From a virus (taxonomy: Duplodnaviria; Caudoviricetes): 64,000 nt of DNA. Both the position numbers and the translations under genes were made by a program. Every line of letters starts with the position of its first letter. Position 1 is the stretch's first letter. Positions 51,298 to 60,509 of this stretch are shown here, piece after piece. The DNA is taken from positions 128,001-192,000 of IMG/VR virus record IMGVR_UViG_2609460327_000001; one strand, 5' to 3'. The notes below the pieces were generated by a model, which searched no databases, was not told the DNA's origin, and saw only the letters and a program-made list of their open reading frames with translations.

Positions 51298-51663
51298 ATG
51301 TTAATTGGTAAACATTTTACAACCGAAGAGCTTATGACAATCATGAAAGACAAGATTACGGATCTGGATATGGAGACTCGTAAGCTGCAAAAAGAGTACA
51401 ACGATTTAAACAAAGATATGGCTTCTAATCCACCTCAGAAGAATAAAGATGACGAACGCCCTATGAAGCTGAAGCAGCTTAGGGAGATCATTGAAGACAA
51501 AATGAATGAAGGAGTTTGGCTAGAGCAAAAAGTCGATGAAGCTGAAAAAGCCATCGAAAAAGATCCTAATGTAGCCAGCCAAAAAACAATGTTGTCTCTA
51601 AACGACATGCTCCGCCTAGGTGTTGAAGATCCGGAAGAGCCTGTTGTAGAAAACGAAGAATAA
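51298..51663 (+). CDS. hypothetical coiled-coil protein
   Basis: RBS AAGGAG. Confidence 0.6.
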   Translation: MLIGKHFTTEELMTIMKDKITDLDMETRKLQKEYNDLNKDMASNPPQKNKDDERPMKLKQLREIIEDKMNEGVWLEQKVDEAEKAIEKDPNVASQKTMLSLNDMLRLGVEDPEEPVVENEE

Positions 51664-51678
51664 AGGGGATTTAAGTTC

Positions 51679-52272
51679 ATGGATTTTATGGAGAAAGCCT
51701 ATCAAGGCGGCCTTACAGAGAGCGATCGCAGAGAGATGCTGGAACAATACAAAGCTGGCATGATGAAGCAGGAAAGCTTTAAGGCACCGAAAGGGAAGGT
51801 ACTATCCAAAGAAGATCCGCTGAATATGCCAAGACATCAAGTGTACGGCGAGTGCATTCGTTTCCACGAATGCCCGCTGTGCTTTAAATGCAGAAACTTC
51901 AATTCTTCTGACTCCGAATGCCGCAGCTGTATCCTCTTTGAAGAGGGCTCCATTTGCAATACAGAAAAGCATAACGAGAAGATTCTGAACATGATGATCC
52001 GCAGGCAGCGTGTTGATTTGGATGGAACTGACTTCAAATTATTTGATGTGCATTGCGAGGATGGCCACAGCGGGGTGCACAAGATTATCTTGCCTGGTGG
52101 CAAAGTTATTTTACGCAGCGAAGAAGAGTCGGATGCTGATACATCAACGATGATCCCATTCATCGGGCAGAAGCTTGAGTACTTCGTTAATAACGAATCC
52201 CAAGGCAAATTCATCCTGAAAGATGCTGACCATTTAGGCGTCTTCTCTTTAAAGGAGGTTAACGCAAAATGA
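51679..52272 (+). CDS. hypothetical Cys-rich (zinc-binding) protein
   Basis: ECIRFHECPLCFKCRN...CRSC...C...H cluster. Confidence 0.6.
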   Translation: MDFMEKAYQGGLTESDRREMLEQYKAGMMKQESFKAPKGKVLSKEDPLNMPRHQVYGECIRFHECPLCFKCRNFNSSDSECRSCILFEEGSICNTEKHNEKILNMMIRRQRVDLDGTDFKLFDVHCEDGHSGVHKIILPGGKVILRSEEESDADTSTMIPFIGQKLEYFVNNESQGKFILKDADHLGVFSLKEVNAK

Positions 52273-52445
52273 ATCTAACAGTAAAAGAACACATGGATTA
52301 TATTCAACTGCTCATAGATGCTCGCAATTCGGGGCTTCATGATGCTGAGGGTCCTCTTAGGAACGCGATTATTCTATTCGATCGCAGATATATCAGGCCA
52401 CCGAAACTTGAAGAGCCAGAGGTAAGACCTAGTGAAAAAGAATAG
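52269..52445 (+). CDS. small hypothetical protein (58 aa, absent from ORF track)
   Basis: RBS AAGGAGGT, ATGA overlap; MNLTVKEHMDYIQLLIDARNSG... Confidence 0.6.
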   Translation: MNLTVKEHMDYIQLLIDARNSGLHDAEGPLRNAIILFDRRYIRPPKLEEPEVRPSEKE

Positions 52446-52449
52446 CCCT

Positions 52450-52653
52450 ATGAGCTTTGAGCAGATTATGATCCAGCAATCTTATCAAAGCGTTGAGCAA
52501 CCTGTGTACTGTCGCTTTTGCGGAATGAATGTAAAAACCCCAAGCAGCAATTCTCCAGGAGGAAATAATGGAGCTTGGAGAAGAAATTTGGATTGGGAAA
52601 TTAAAAATCATTGCCATGTAAAATGTGCAAGCGAAAATCAAGGAGGACGCTAA
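52450..52653 (+). CDS. small zinc-finger-like protein
   Basis: CRFCG...HCHVKC. Confidence 0.55.
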   Translation: MSFEQIMIQQSYQSVEQPVYCRFCGMNVKTPSSNSPGGNNGAWRRNLDWEIKNHCHVKCASENQGGR

Positions 52654-52654
52654 C

Positions 52655-53140
52655 ATGTCAGAAGTAAAGCCAGCCGTACTTATTTTTAAAGAGGAATTGG
52701 AGCAATTTAACGATCCTGAGATTCAAAGTTTTACTCAGAATGCATTATCTATGGCGCCAGAAAGCTTCTACAATGATGAGGAGCTCGTTACTTATACAAA
52801 GAACGTATACCGCATACTTATGGGTTTCTTGGGGGAAGAGTCCAAGATTCGAGGCCTAGCCGATGCATTCCGTGCAGGAGCTTTACTTCAGGATCTGTGC
52901 TTCAATGAAACTGGCGATGCGTATCGTCGTATTCATCCGGTTATGGTCCGCACCTTCCTTGCACCTCTGAAAAAAGATCTTCAGACTAATATCTTTGATG
53001 CCATTCTTGGCATGGTCGAAAGCCATGAGGCCGATCAATCTCCGTCCCCGTTGCTGGAACCAAAGCCAACAAATTCCGCTTTTTTATTGGCAATGGCCAA
53101 CAAGGTTGCACGCTTCAATTTCATTGAATTTAAAGACTGA
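52655..53140 (+). CDS. HD-domain-fold protein with degenerate active site
   Basis: RBS AAGGAGG. APESFY...LVTYTK...ALLQDL...HP...ESHE...LAMANKVAR follows the phage HD family layout with metal ligands substituted. Confidence 0.55.
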   Translation: MSEVKPAVLIFKEELEQFNDPEIQSFTQNALSMAPESFYNDEELVTYTKNVYRILMGFLGEESKIRGLADAFRAGALLQDLCFNETGDAYRRIHPVMVRTFLAPLKKDLQTNIFDAILGMVESHEADQSPSPLLEPKPTNSAFLLAMANKVARFNFIEFKD

Positions 53141-53154
53141 GGAGCTGTATTTAA

Positions 53155-53484
53155 ATGGACAAAAATGTTGTAGCAAAAAAAGTAGTTGATCGCATCTCTC
53201 TAATCGAAGTGGAAACTGGCAAAGTCATCTTGGAAGTTGATGCTGATGACAATAGCGAAGAAATAAAAGGGCTGATAGAAAAATATACTTTTGACTTTAC
53301 GATTGCTCATAAAAACGTGGTTGATCAATTAGCGAATGCTTTAATCATCTTAAAAAAGATGCCGCAGGATCATGATACGAGACGAATGATGGATTCAGTC
53401 AAGGATGCAATACAAATTGCAGATAGCATCTTCATAGATCATTACAGAAGCAGTCATCCGCAATACGAAAAAGAAATCAAGTAA
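53155..53484 (+). CDS. hypothetical protein
   Basis: RBS GAGGAG. Confidence 0.55.
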   Translation: MDKNVVAKKVVDRISLIEVETGKVILEVDADDNSEEIKGLIEKYTFDFTIAHKNVVDQLANALIILKKMPQDHDTRRMMDSVKDAIQIADSIFIDHYRSSHPQYEKEIK

Positions 53485-53509
53485 AGTTTAAATGAAAGCA
53501 GGGGAAGAA

Positions 53510-53815
53510 ATGAAATTCGGACATGCACTTGAGCTCTTAGAGAAAGAAGAAAAGTTAAGACGCGATTCTTGGGCACCTGGCAGCTTCATTGTAATGATGC
53601 CTTCTCTTTATCTGCCGCCTTTTAGTACAGCTAGTACATTTTTGAAGGTTAACGATCGCACAGCAAAACATATTGGTGTAAATACGCCTCTTAATTCGCA
53701 GCCGTATATCGCATTTTTTAATGGCGAAACGGATGAATGGCAGCCAGGCTGGCTTCCTGCTCAGGCGGATTTGTTTGCCTCAGACTGGTATGCAACCAAG
53801 CAAACGCCATATTAA
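53510..53815 (+). CDS. tad2: Thoeris anti-defence 2-like (DUF2829) nucleotide-sponge protein
   Basis: MKFGHALELL..LRRDSW...QPYIA...PGWLPAQADLFASDW matches the DUF2829/Tad2 pattern MxFxxALxxxKxGxxVxRxxW...WxxSQxDxLAxDW. Confidence 0.75.
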   Translation: MKFGHALELLEKEEKLRRDSWAPGSFIVMMPSLYLPPFSTASTFLKVNDRTAKHIGVNTPLNSQPYIAFFNGETDEWQPGWLPAQADLFASDWYATKQTPY

Positions 53816-53830
53816 GGAGCAATTAATTAA

Positions 53831-53995
53831 ATGGATCACATTATGCTTGCAGTCAATATTTTAATTTTAAGTCTTAGTGCACATTTTTATGGGGATAGCC
53901 GTAAGCGCAATTTAAAAATTCAATGGGTCTTTTTAGCTTTCACGATTGTTTATTTGCTATTAGTTGCGGCTCGTCTCAAAGAAATCTGGGGGTAA
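53831..53995 (+). CDS. small two-TM membrane protein (54 aa, absent from ORF track)
   Basis: RBS AAGGAG; MDHIMLAVNILILSLSAHFYG...WVFLAFTIVYLLLVAARLKEIWG. Confidence 0.6.
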   Translation: MDHIMLAVNILILSLSAHFYGDSRKRNLKIQWVFLAFTIVYLLLVAARLKEIWG

Positions 53996-54009
53996 AGGAA
54001 GAGGTATAT

Positions 54010-54303
54010 ATGGGAGAAAAGAAGAGAAAAGAGAGCCTGCCGATAACACGAGGCGGGGTAATCCCCATCTCTCGCGAATTGCTATCTCACATCTTAAGTG
54101 AGAAGTTGGGTGTGCAGGTCCAAGTAAGCCACGCAGAAAGCTTATACTATGCAGATTGCATCGGGTTCGCTGTGAAGACCAAAGATGAGAGGTTTCCAAT
54201 AGTCTATCCAGGTAGTCGATTGGAAAACATATCATTGGAACAGCGTATAGATTCAGATGGAAAAATTCATATAACGAACGTCACGCCGTTTAGCGAACTA
54301 TAA
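54010..54303 (+). CDS. hypothetical protein
   Basis: ATG 54010 after GAGGT. Confidence 0.55.
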   Translation: MGEKKRKESLPITRGGVIPISRELLSHILSEKLGVQVQVSHAESLYYADCIGFAVKTKDERFPIVYPGSRLENISLEQRIDSDGKIHITNVTPFSEL

Positions 54304-54342
54304 AAACTGCGTATAATTAAGATTTTACGCAGTTTCTGTTTT
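54304..54342 (+). terminator. terminator-like hairpin
   Basis: AAACTGCGTA...TACGCAGTTT followed by CTGTTTT. Confidence 0.6.
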
Positions 54343-54371
54343 AAGCAATTTTTTTCTGAGGAGGTGGGCAG

Positions 54372-54539
54372 TTGGACGTAAAAATCGTTCAGAAAGAAGG
54401 GCTTGAAAAACCCTTTTATCAACCAACTCTTTCCAGTAGAGAAATTAAAGAGATGTATGACTATTTTTATCCAAAAAGATGGAGTAGTAAGTACGCCGAG
54501 CAGATACTCAACATACTGGAAGACCACCTCTCTTCTTAA
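54372..54539 (+). CDS. small hypothetical protein (55 aa)
   Basis: TTG start with strong RBS GAGGAGGTG. Confidence 0.5.
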   Translation: MDVKIVQKEGLEKPFYQPTLSSREIKEMYDYFYPKRWSSKYAEQILNILEDHLSS

Positions 54540-54585
54540 TATTGCGTAATTGAAATGCATTGCATTTTAGAAAGGTTAGATAAAT

Positions 54586-54705
54586 ATGTATTGTAAAGAT
54601 TGTATGTCTTTTTTTGTTAGCTGCCCCTGCTGTGATGAGCACTTCTGCCCAGACTGTCAGAAGCGTGAGGAAGATATCGAAGAGGAAGAAGAGGAGGAGG
54701 AATAA
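54586..54705 (+). CDS. 39 aa Cys-rich microprotein with poly-Glu tail
   Basis: RBS AAAGGT; MYCKDCMSFFVSCPCCDEHFCPDCQKREEDIEEEEEEEE. Confidence 0.6.
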   Translation: MYCKDCMSFFVSCPCCDEHFCPDCQKREEDIEEEEEEEE

Positions 54706-54710
54706 TTGAC

Positions 54711-55190
54711 ATGACAAGAGGTAGACCGCCGAAAAATCCGGCCGATCCAGGTAAACTCCCTTTTCAGCAAGGGTTGCAGACTAGGCAAGTGACACCCGAA
54801 GAAGCTGAAAAGTATGGGATCAAACTAGAAGATATTCCAAGCAAAGAAGTTGAATGGTATTCCAATAGTATCAATGTCAAAGATCCAAGCATTGGTTTTC
54901 AAAAATCTGGAGGAATCCATATTAATAAAGAGGCTGGCGCACTTCTAGGAATTAAAGAAGGTGACAAGATTCAGATTGGATTCAGAGGCAACCCTCGTCA
55001 AATCGTACTAAGAAAATCAGAAGACGGTATACGTCTTGGAGCTATAAAAGGTAATAACAAAGGCAGTGGTTTTAAATGCTCTAACGCTGGACTCGTGAAG
55101 TGGATAGCTCAAAAAGGAGCCGAGACAAAGCGCTATGTCATTCGTTCAACCGATGAAGAAGGAATTTTTGTAGCAAACCTATATCAATAA
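54711..55190 (+). CDS. putative DNA-binding protein (AT-hook plus AbrB/swapped-hairpin-like domain)
   Basis: N-terminal RGRPPK; GIHINKEAGALLGIKEGDKIQI resembles the AbrB/MazE pattern. Confidence 0.5.
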   Translation: MTRGRPPKNPADPGKLPFQQGLQTRQVTPEEAEKYGIKLEDIPSKEVEWYSNSINVKDPSIGFQKSGGIHINKEAGALLGIKEGDKIQIGFRGNPRQIVLRKSEDGIRLGAIKGNNKGSGFKCSNAGLVKWIAQKGAETKRYVIRSTDEEGIFVANLYQ

Positions 55191-55209
55191 GCAAGGAGAG
55201 GTTATTAAA

Positions 55210-55590
55210 ATGAAATCAGCATTAGAGCAATACTTACTTAATCTAAAGAAAATTAAGAACATGGACGAAATGTATGATGAGATCGGTGCCCTTACTGAAG
55301 ACACTTTCAGCAACCATTTCTATGGAGGATACCTGACTCGTGCTTTGGAAACATTCAGCAATTCTGTCGATGGCAAAGACCTGAAACTTGAAATGGTTGT
55401 GTTAACTGAAGCACTGGTCAACAATACTCCTGAAGATGGGGAAGGCGACCCTGTCTATAATGAAGAAGAACGCGATCTGTTTATATTCAAAAAGCTGCGT
55501 TCGATTGGATCAACCGTAACAATGGAGCAGATCAGAGAAGTATGTGATGCTGAAGGAGAATACCTTGATCAGCTTATGAGGACAGAATAA
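55210..55590 (+). CDS. acidic hypothetical protein
   Basis: RBS GGAGAGG. Confidence 0.55.
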   Translation: MKSALEQYLLNLKKIKNMDEMYDEIGALTEDTFSNHFYGGYLTRALETFSNSVDGKDLKLEMVVLTEALVNNTPEDGEGDPVYNEEERDLFIFKKLRSIGSTVTMEQIREVCDAEGEYLDQLMRTE

Positions 55591-55994
55591 TGAATTTAGT
55601 CGTATTTAGTGCCTTATTTATTCTTCAATTTGTTGGCCACAGGATAGGAGATTTTATTCTGCAGACGGATGTTCAAGCTCAAAATAAAACAAAAGACTGG
55701 AAGGCCAGATTACGCCATTGCTTTTCTTACTCTTTATCGGTAAGCCTGCTAACATGGATCCTGTTACCGATACATTATCTCCCTATCATATTCTTAATAA
55801 CGATCGTCGAGCATTTTATCATCGATGATCGAAGATTTGTTGTTTGGCTTAAAACAAATATCGAGACAAAAATCGCCAAACAGAAGGAGTTTAATATTAG
55901 TACGGTCCCTGGATTTGTAATTATCGAGATCGATCAAACCATTCATATGATCCGAATGCTATTAATCGCAATTCTTTTCAGCTATATTATGTAG
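55590..55994 (+). CDS. DUF3307-family membrane protein
   Basis: GHRIGDFILQT...K...H...HFIID...DQTIH signature. Confidence 0.75.
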   Translation: MNLVVFSALFILQFVGHRIGDFILQTDVQAQNKTKDWKARLRHCFSYSLSVSLLTWILLPIHYLPIIFLITIVEHFIIDDRRFVVWLKTNIETKIAKQKEFNISTVPGFVIIEIDQTIHMIRMLLIAILFSYIM

Positions 55995-56008
55995 CCTTGT
56001 ATCAAACG

Positions 56009-56039
56009 AAAGGCCTCAGCACTATATGTTGGGGTTTTT
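56009..56039 (+). terminator. Rho-independent terminator
   Basis: AAAGGCCTCAGCA-CTATA-TGTTGGGGTTTTT. Confidence 0.65.
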
Positions 56040-56070
56040 CGAATGTCAAGACTTTAAATGTAGAAAAATA

Positions 56071-56112
56071 TAGAATACAATAACAATTGCACACTAAATG
56101 TAATGCGTTACA
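56071..56112 (+). promoter_or_regulatory. candidate -10 (TAGAAT) and palindromic operator TGTAATGCGTTACA upstream of the nrd operon
   Basis: TAGAAT at 56071-76; palindrome at 56099-56112, identical to the 26546 copy. Confidence 0.6.
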
Positions 56113-56128
56113 AAAAGGAAGGTTTCAC

Positions 56129-56473
56129 ATGTTATTGAGTTATTATTCTTTATCTGGCAAAGCAGAAAGTTTCGTTAAAGAAACAGGAATGCATGCCGTA
56201 AGGATTGGCCCTGCACTTCGAATGCAGCAACCTTATGTGCTGATTACAAGCACTGAAGAAACAGGCAGCTTTCCCGAGGAAGTATCCGACTTTCTTATAC
56301 ATAACCATAATCTTATGGTTGGGTGCAGCATTATCGGCCAACACAACAGGGAAGAACTTCATGAATTGAGCCTGGCTGTTCCATACATCTCATCAGATTC
56401 TGTTGAGAAATTTATAAAAGAGGTGAATCAAATTGAGCGCAACACCGTTGAAAGTTACAAAGCCCAACAATAG
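56129..56473 (+). CDS. nrdI: NrdI-like flavodoxin (divergent)
   Basis: YYSLSGKAESFVK...PYVLITST..TGSFPEEVSDFL; directly upstream of the RNR alpha gene. Confidence 0.7.
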   Translation: MLLSYYSLSGKAESFVKETGMHAVRIGPALRMQQPYVLITSTEETGSFPEEVSDFLIHNHNLMVGCSIIGQHNREELHELSLAVPYISSDSVEKFIKEVNQIERNTVESYKAQQ

Positions 56474-58760
56474 AGAGCTGGCATTTGACGTCAACCGAAT
56501 CCAAGTATTCGCTGAACGTATTATGGCAGGTTTAAAAGATTCGCAGGGAGAGACCCTGAATATACAGCGCCTAATGCGTGGCGTATTATCCAAGCTCAGA
56601 TATAAAGAAGTAACTGCAGATGAGATTACAAATGCATTTACTATGTCTGCACTGGAACTGATTTCAAAAGAAGAACCGAATTGGAAGTTTGCAGCCGCTC
56701 GTTCCTTTTTAACATCGTTATATAAAAAGGCGGCTTTCAATCGTAATTATAAATCCTATACAGATAAACCTTATGGCTCCTTCTATAATCTGATTACTAC
56801 AATGGTAGAGAAGAACCTATTCAGAAAAGAACTGCTAGAAGCTTACACCAAAGAAGAGATCGAGGAGCTAGAAGCTACAATATCTCCGGAGAATGATTTG
56901 CTGTTCGACTATATTGGCCTAATGACATTGAATGAGCGATACCTAACCAGCGACTATGACGGCAATGTGATGGAGCTGCCGCAAGAGCGCTATATGGTTA
57001 TCGCCATGTTCCTAATGCACCAGGAGCCAGCAGAGAAGCGTATGGAGCTGGTTAAAGAATCTTACTGGGCTATGAGCAACCTGTACATGACAGTCGCAAC
57101 GCCGACTTTATCCAACGCAGGTAAAGCCACAGGAGGACAATTATCCAGCTGCTTTATCGATACTGTGGATGATTCCCTCGAAGGGATTTTTGATTCCAAT
57201 ACAGACGTAGCTCGCCTTTCTAAAATGGGCGGCGGCATCGGCGTATATTTAGGCAAAGTTCGATCCAGAGGCTCCGACATTCGTGGTCATAAGAATACTA
57301 GCTCTGGCGTTGTTCCATGGATTCGCCAATTAAATAATACAGCAGTCAGCGTAGACCAACTGGGCACTCGTAAAGGCGCTGTAGCTGTCTATCTGGACGT
57401 TTTCCATAAAGACATCCTGTCCTTCTTGGACCTTAAATTAAACAACGGTGACGAGCGTATGAGAGCGCATGACATCTTCCATGCTGTCTGTCTGCCGGAT
57501 CTATTCATGGAAGCAGTCCGTGAGCGCGAAGAATGGCACCTGTTCTGCCCTCATGAAGTGAAGAGCATTATGGGATGGACAGATGCAAAGGGGCGTAAAT
57601 TGGGCTTAGAAGACTTCTATGATGAGAACCTTGGAAGCGGATCGTTCCGTGAGAAATATGCCGAAGCTGTGGCCAACCCGCTGCTGCCACGCATTACCGT
57701 ACAAGCGATTGATATCATGAAGCGTGTCATGAAGTCTCAGCTTGAGACAGGAACACCGTACATGTTCTATCGTGATACAGTAAACCGGGCGAATCCGAAT
57801 AAGGCGCATGGCATGATATATTCTTCAAATCTCTGCACAGAGATCATGCAGAACCAATCGCCAACAGTGGTCGAGTCCGAAGAGCTTGTAACTAAAGATG
57901 GTGAGACACGAATCATCATTTCCAAAATTCCAGGCGACTTTGTTGTATGTAACTTGAACTCAATCAACCTATCCAGAGCCGTTCCAGATGATGTATTAGA
58001 ACGCCTCGTTCCAATCCAGGTTCGCATGCTGGATAACGTTATCGACATTAATAACATCGAAGTGCTTCAAGCACAGCATACAAACACTAAGTATCGTGCC
58101 GTTGGTCTTGGAACATTCGGTCTCCATCATTTGCTTGCTCTGCTGAAGATTCGTTGGGAGTCCGATGCGGCTGTTGATTATAACGACACTCTCTATGAGA
58201 AAATCAACTTCCTTGCGATTAAAACAAGTATGGAGCTGGCTAAAGAAAAAGGAGCCTATCCAAAGTTTGAAGGCAGCGAATGGCAAAGCGGAAATTACTT
58301 TACAGATCGGAACTACAACACTGCTGAGTGGACTCAACTTGCCGGAGATATCCGTAAATACGGTATCCGCAATGCGAATCTAATTGCAATAGCGCCAAAC
58401 GGCACCACATCCATTATTGCAGGTTCTACAGCTACGATTGACCCTATTTACGAACTCGTTTCTTATGAGGAAAAGACAACGTATAAAGTGGCCAATCCTG
58501 CTCCGGATCTGAATAACGATACTCTTTGGTATTACAAAACAGCATTCCTGATTGACCAGCACGCCAGCATTAAAATGGCCGGTGCTCGATCAAGACATAT
58601 TGACCAAGGACAAAGCTTTAACCTTTATGTAACTCCAGACATCAAAGCAAGTGACCTTTTGAACTTGCATATGGCAGTTTGGGAGAACGGGATCAAGTCC
58701 AGCTACTATCTCCGAAGCCGCGCATTGACAATTGAAGAATGCGAGAACTGTGCTTCATGA
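56433..58760 (+). CDS. nrdA: class I ribonucleoside-diphosphate reductase alpha subunit with ATP cone
   Basis: ATPTLSNAG, QLSSCF, SNLCTEI, VCNL, IAPNGT, KSSYYLR, C-terminal CENCAS. Confidence 0.95.
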   Translation: MSATPLKVTKPNNRELAFDVNRIQVFAERIMAGLKDSQGETLNIQRLMRGVLSKLRYKEVTADEITNAFTMSALELISKEEPNWKFAAARSFLTSLYKKAAFNRNYKSYTDKPYGSFYNLITTMVEKNLFRKELLEAYTKEEIEELEATISPENDLLFDYIGLMTLNERYLTSDYDGNVMELPQERYMVIAMFLMHQEPAEKRMELVKESYWAMSNLYMTVATPTLSNAGKATGGQLSSCFIDTVDDSLEGIFDSNTDVARLSKMGGGIGVYLGKVRSRGSDIRGHKNTSSGVVPWIRQLNNTAVSVDQLGTRKGAVAVYLDVFHKDILSFLDLKLNNGDERMRAHDIFHAVCLPDLFMEAVREREEWHLFCPHEVKSIMGWTDAKGRKLGLEDFYDENLGSGSFREKYAEAVANPLLPRITVQAIDIMKRVMKSQLETGTPYMFYRDTVNRANPNKAHGMIYSSNLCTEIMQNQSPTVVESEELVTKDGETRIIISKIPGDFVVCNLNSINLSRAVPDDVLERLVPIQVRMLDNVIDINNIEVLQAQHTNTKYRAVGLGTFGLHHLLALLKIRWESDAAVDYNDTLYEKINFLAIKTSMELAKEKGAYPKFEGSEWQSGNYFTDRNYNTAEWTQLAGDIRKYGIRNANLIAIAPNGTTSIIAGSTATIDPIYELVSYEEKTTYKVANPAPDLNNDTLWYYKTAFLIDQHASIKMAGARSRHIDQGQSFNLYVTPDIKASDLLNLHMAVWENGIKSSYYLRSRALTIEECENCAS

Positions 58761-58969
58761 TCGATGTATCAAGCGAAATATTGATCTGGTATGTATGGGC
58801 CACCGCCATCATCGGTGGCCTTACAGCCTTGGGTCTACTCATATGGTTCATGATCTGGGTCTGGGATCATACACTCAATTCCATATTGGTCATGTTTAAA
58901 ATCAAGATGCTATTTGCTGAATTTATGCGTGACCATTACAGGGGAAAACAAAACAAGAGAGAAGAGTGA
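58757..58969 (+). CDS. small single-TM membrane protein between the RNR subunits
   Basis: ATGA overlap with the alpha stop and GTGA overlap with the beta start; long hydrophobic segment. Confidence 0.55.
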   Translation: MIDVSSEILIWYVWATAIIGGLTALGLLIWFMIWVWDHTLNSILVMFKIKMLFAEFMRDHYRGKQNKREE

Positions 58970-60006
58970 ATGAAATGAAAATGCAAAAAATTTTTAACAC
59001 CGAGGCGCCAAATAAATCTACTCGGATTATCGAAGGCGAGAACTCAGGGATTCTTAACTGGAACGATATCCGTATGCCACATATGTATAAACTCTATAAG
59101 GTTCTGCTGTTGAACCATTGGATCGCTGACGAGATTCCAATGTCTAAGGATGCACAGCAATTCCCGCTACTGGATGCAGAGGAGCAGCGCACATTTAAAA
59201 TCAATATCGGACTGTTGGCAGTTTTGGACTCCATGCAAACTATGTTTGTCGGTGATGTAAAGCGTTACTTTACAGACTCTTCACTTGAAGCAATCTCAGC
59301 TATTATCGGGCAGCAAGAAGTTGTTCATAATCAATCCTACTCCTACGTGCTGTCGTCATTAGTTTCTGAGCAGGAGCAGCGAGAAATCTTTGAATATTGG
59401 AAGCATGATCCGGTACTGCTGGAACGCAATACATTTATCTCAGAAATCTACCAAGAGTTCCGTGATGAGCAGACGCCACAAACTTTCTTTAAAGCTATGG
59501 TAGCTGATCTAATCCTTGAAGGCATCTTCTTCTACAGCACATTCGCATTCTTCTACAACCTGGCTCGCGACCAAAAGATGATGGGTACTAGCCAAATGAT
59601 TTCATACATCCAGCGGGATGAAAATCAGCATTGCTACTTCTTCGCAGAAGTATTTAAGCAGCTGCTTGCAGACTTCCCTGAACTGAATACGCCAGAGAAC
59701 ATTCAGTACGCTTATGACACTATTGATCGTGCCGTACAACTGGAGACCAATTGGGCTTACTATACACTAAAAGAAGTCCGTGGTATCGATCTTGAAGAAT
59801 TGTCTGACTACATCAAATACATGGCCAACCGTCGCCTGAAGATGCTCGGTCTGGAGAAAGCTTACGAAGGCGTGGATGTAAACTGCATGCCGTGGATTAA
59901 GCCATTCTCTGATGAAGCATTGAATGCTACTAAATCTGACTTCTTCGAAACCAAGTCTCGCAACTACGGAAAAACCAGTGACGATAACGGCTTCGACGAT
60001 CTATAA
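58966..60006 (+). CDS. nrdB: class I ribonucleotide reductase beta subunit
   Basis: LDSMQ, QEVVHNQSY (radical Tyr), LEGIFFY, RDENQH, DFFE...Y tail. Confidence 0.95.
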   Translation: MNEMKMQKIFNTEAPNKSTRIIEGENSGILNWNDIRMPHMYKLYKVLLLNHWIADEIPMSKDAQQFPLLDAEEQRTFKINIGLLAVLDSMQTMFVGDVKRYFTDSSLEAISAIIGQQEVVHNQSYSYVLSSLVSEQEQREIFEYWKHDPVLLERNTFISEIYQEFRDEQTPQTFFKAMVADLILEGIFFYSTFAFFYNLARDQKMMGTSQMISYIQRDENQHCYFFAEVFKQLLADFPELNTPENIQYAYDTIDRAVQLETNWAYYTLKEVRGIDLEELSDYIKYMANRRLKMLGLEKAYEGVDVNCMPWIKPFSDEALNATKSDFFETKSRNYGKTSDDNGFDDL

Positions 60007-60033
60007 GAATAATAAGAAAAGAGGATAAACAAC

Positions 60034-60483
60034 ATGGAATTAATGCAACCGTATCAATACGAAGGCAAAGGACTAGACTACGCTTACGACCAGGTGAAAG
60101 CTTTCCAAAAAGCGTTTAATCATCCAGTTAGCGAACTGCCGACATTCATGAATGCAGAGCGTGCGGCAAAGCGAATGAATTGGGTTAATGAAGAAGTACA
60201 AGAGTTTTTGGATTCTAAAAATGTTGTCGATCAAGCTGACGCTATGATTGATGTGATCTACTTTGCTATTGGCACACTGGTAGAGCTAGGCGTAAAACCT
60301 CAAGAACTCATGGATATCGTTCAGAATGCAAACATGAGCAAATTATGGCCAGACGGCAAACCTCATTACAAAGAAGACGGCAAAGTAATGAAGCCTGAAG
60401 GATGGGAAGATCCTTACGAAAAGCTCGCTGCAGCGATTGCCCGTCAATATGATACAGCAAGAGAGAACCTTGCGGGAGCTTAG
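60034..60483 (+). CDS. MazG-like / PRA-PH all-alpha NTP pyrophosphohydrolase (possible dUTPase)
   Basis: VKAFQKAF...EEVQEF...DAMIDVIYFAIG...NMSK...GKVMKPEGW. Confidence 0.8.
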   Translation: MELMQPYQYEGKGLDYAYDQVKAFQKAFNHPVSELPTFMNAERAAKRMNWVNEEVQEFLDSKNVVDQADAMIDVIYFAIGTLVELGVKPQELMDIVQNANMSKLWPDGKPHYKEDGKVMKPEGWEDPYEKLAAAIARQYDTARENLAGA

Positions 60484-60509
60484 GCTCCTCTTGGTACATA
60501 GGAGGCCAT

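Noticed and set aside
51679-51711. MDFMEKAYQ as a tenth copy of the leader motif
   Set aside because: The Tyr is offset by one and E/L are substituted; too weak to count.
56433-60006. Intron or intein in the RNR genes
   Set aside because: Both ORFs are continuous and of normal length, with no splice motifs or homing endonuclease.
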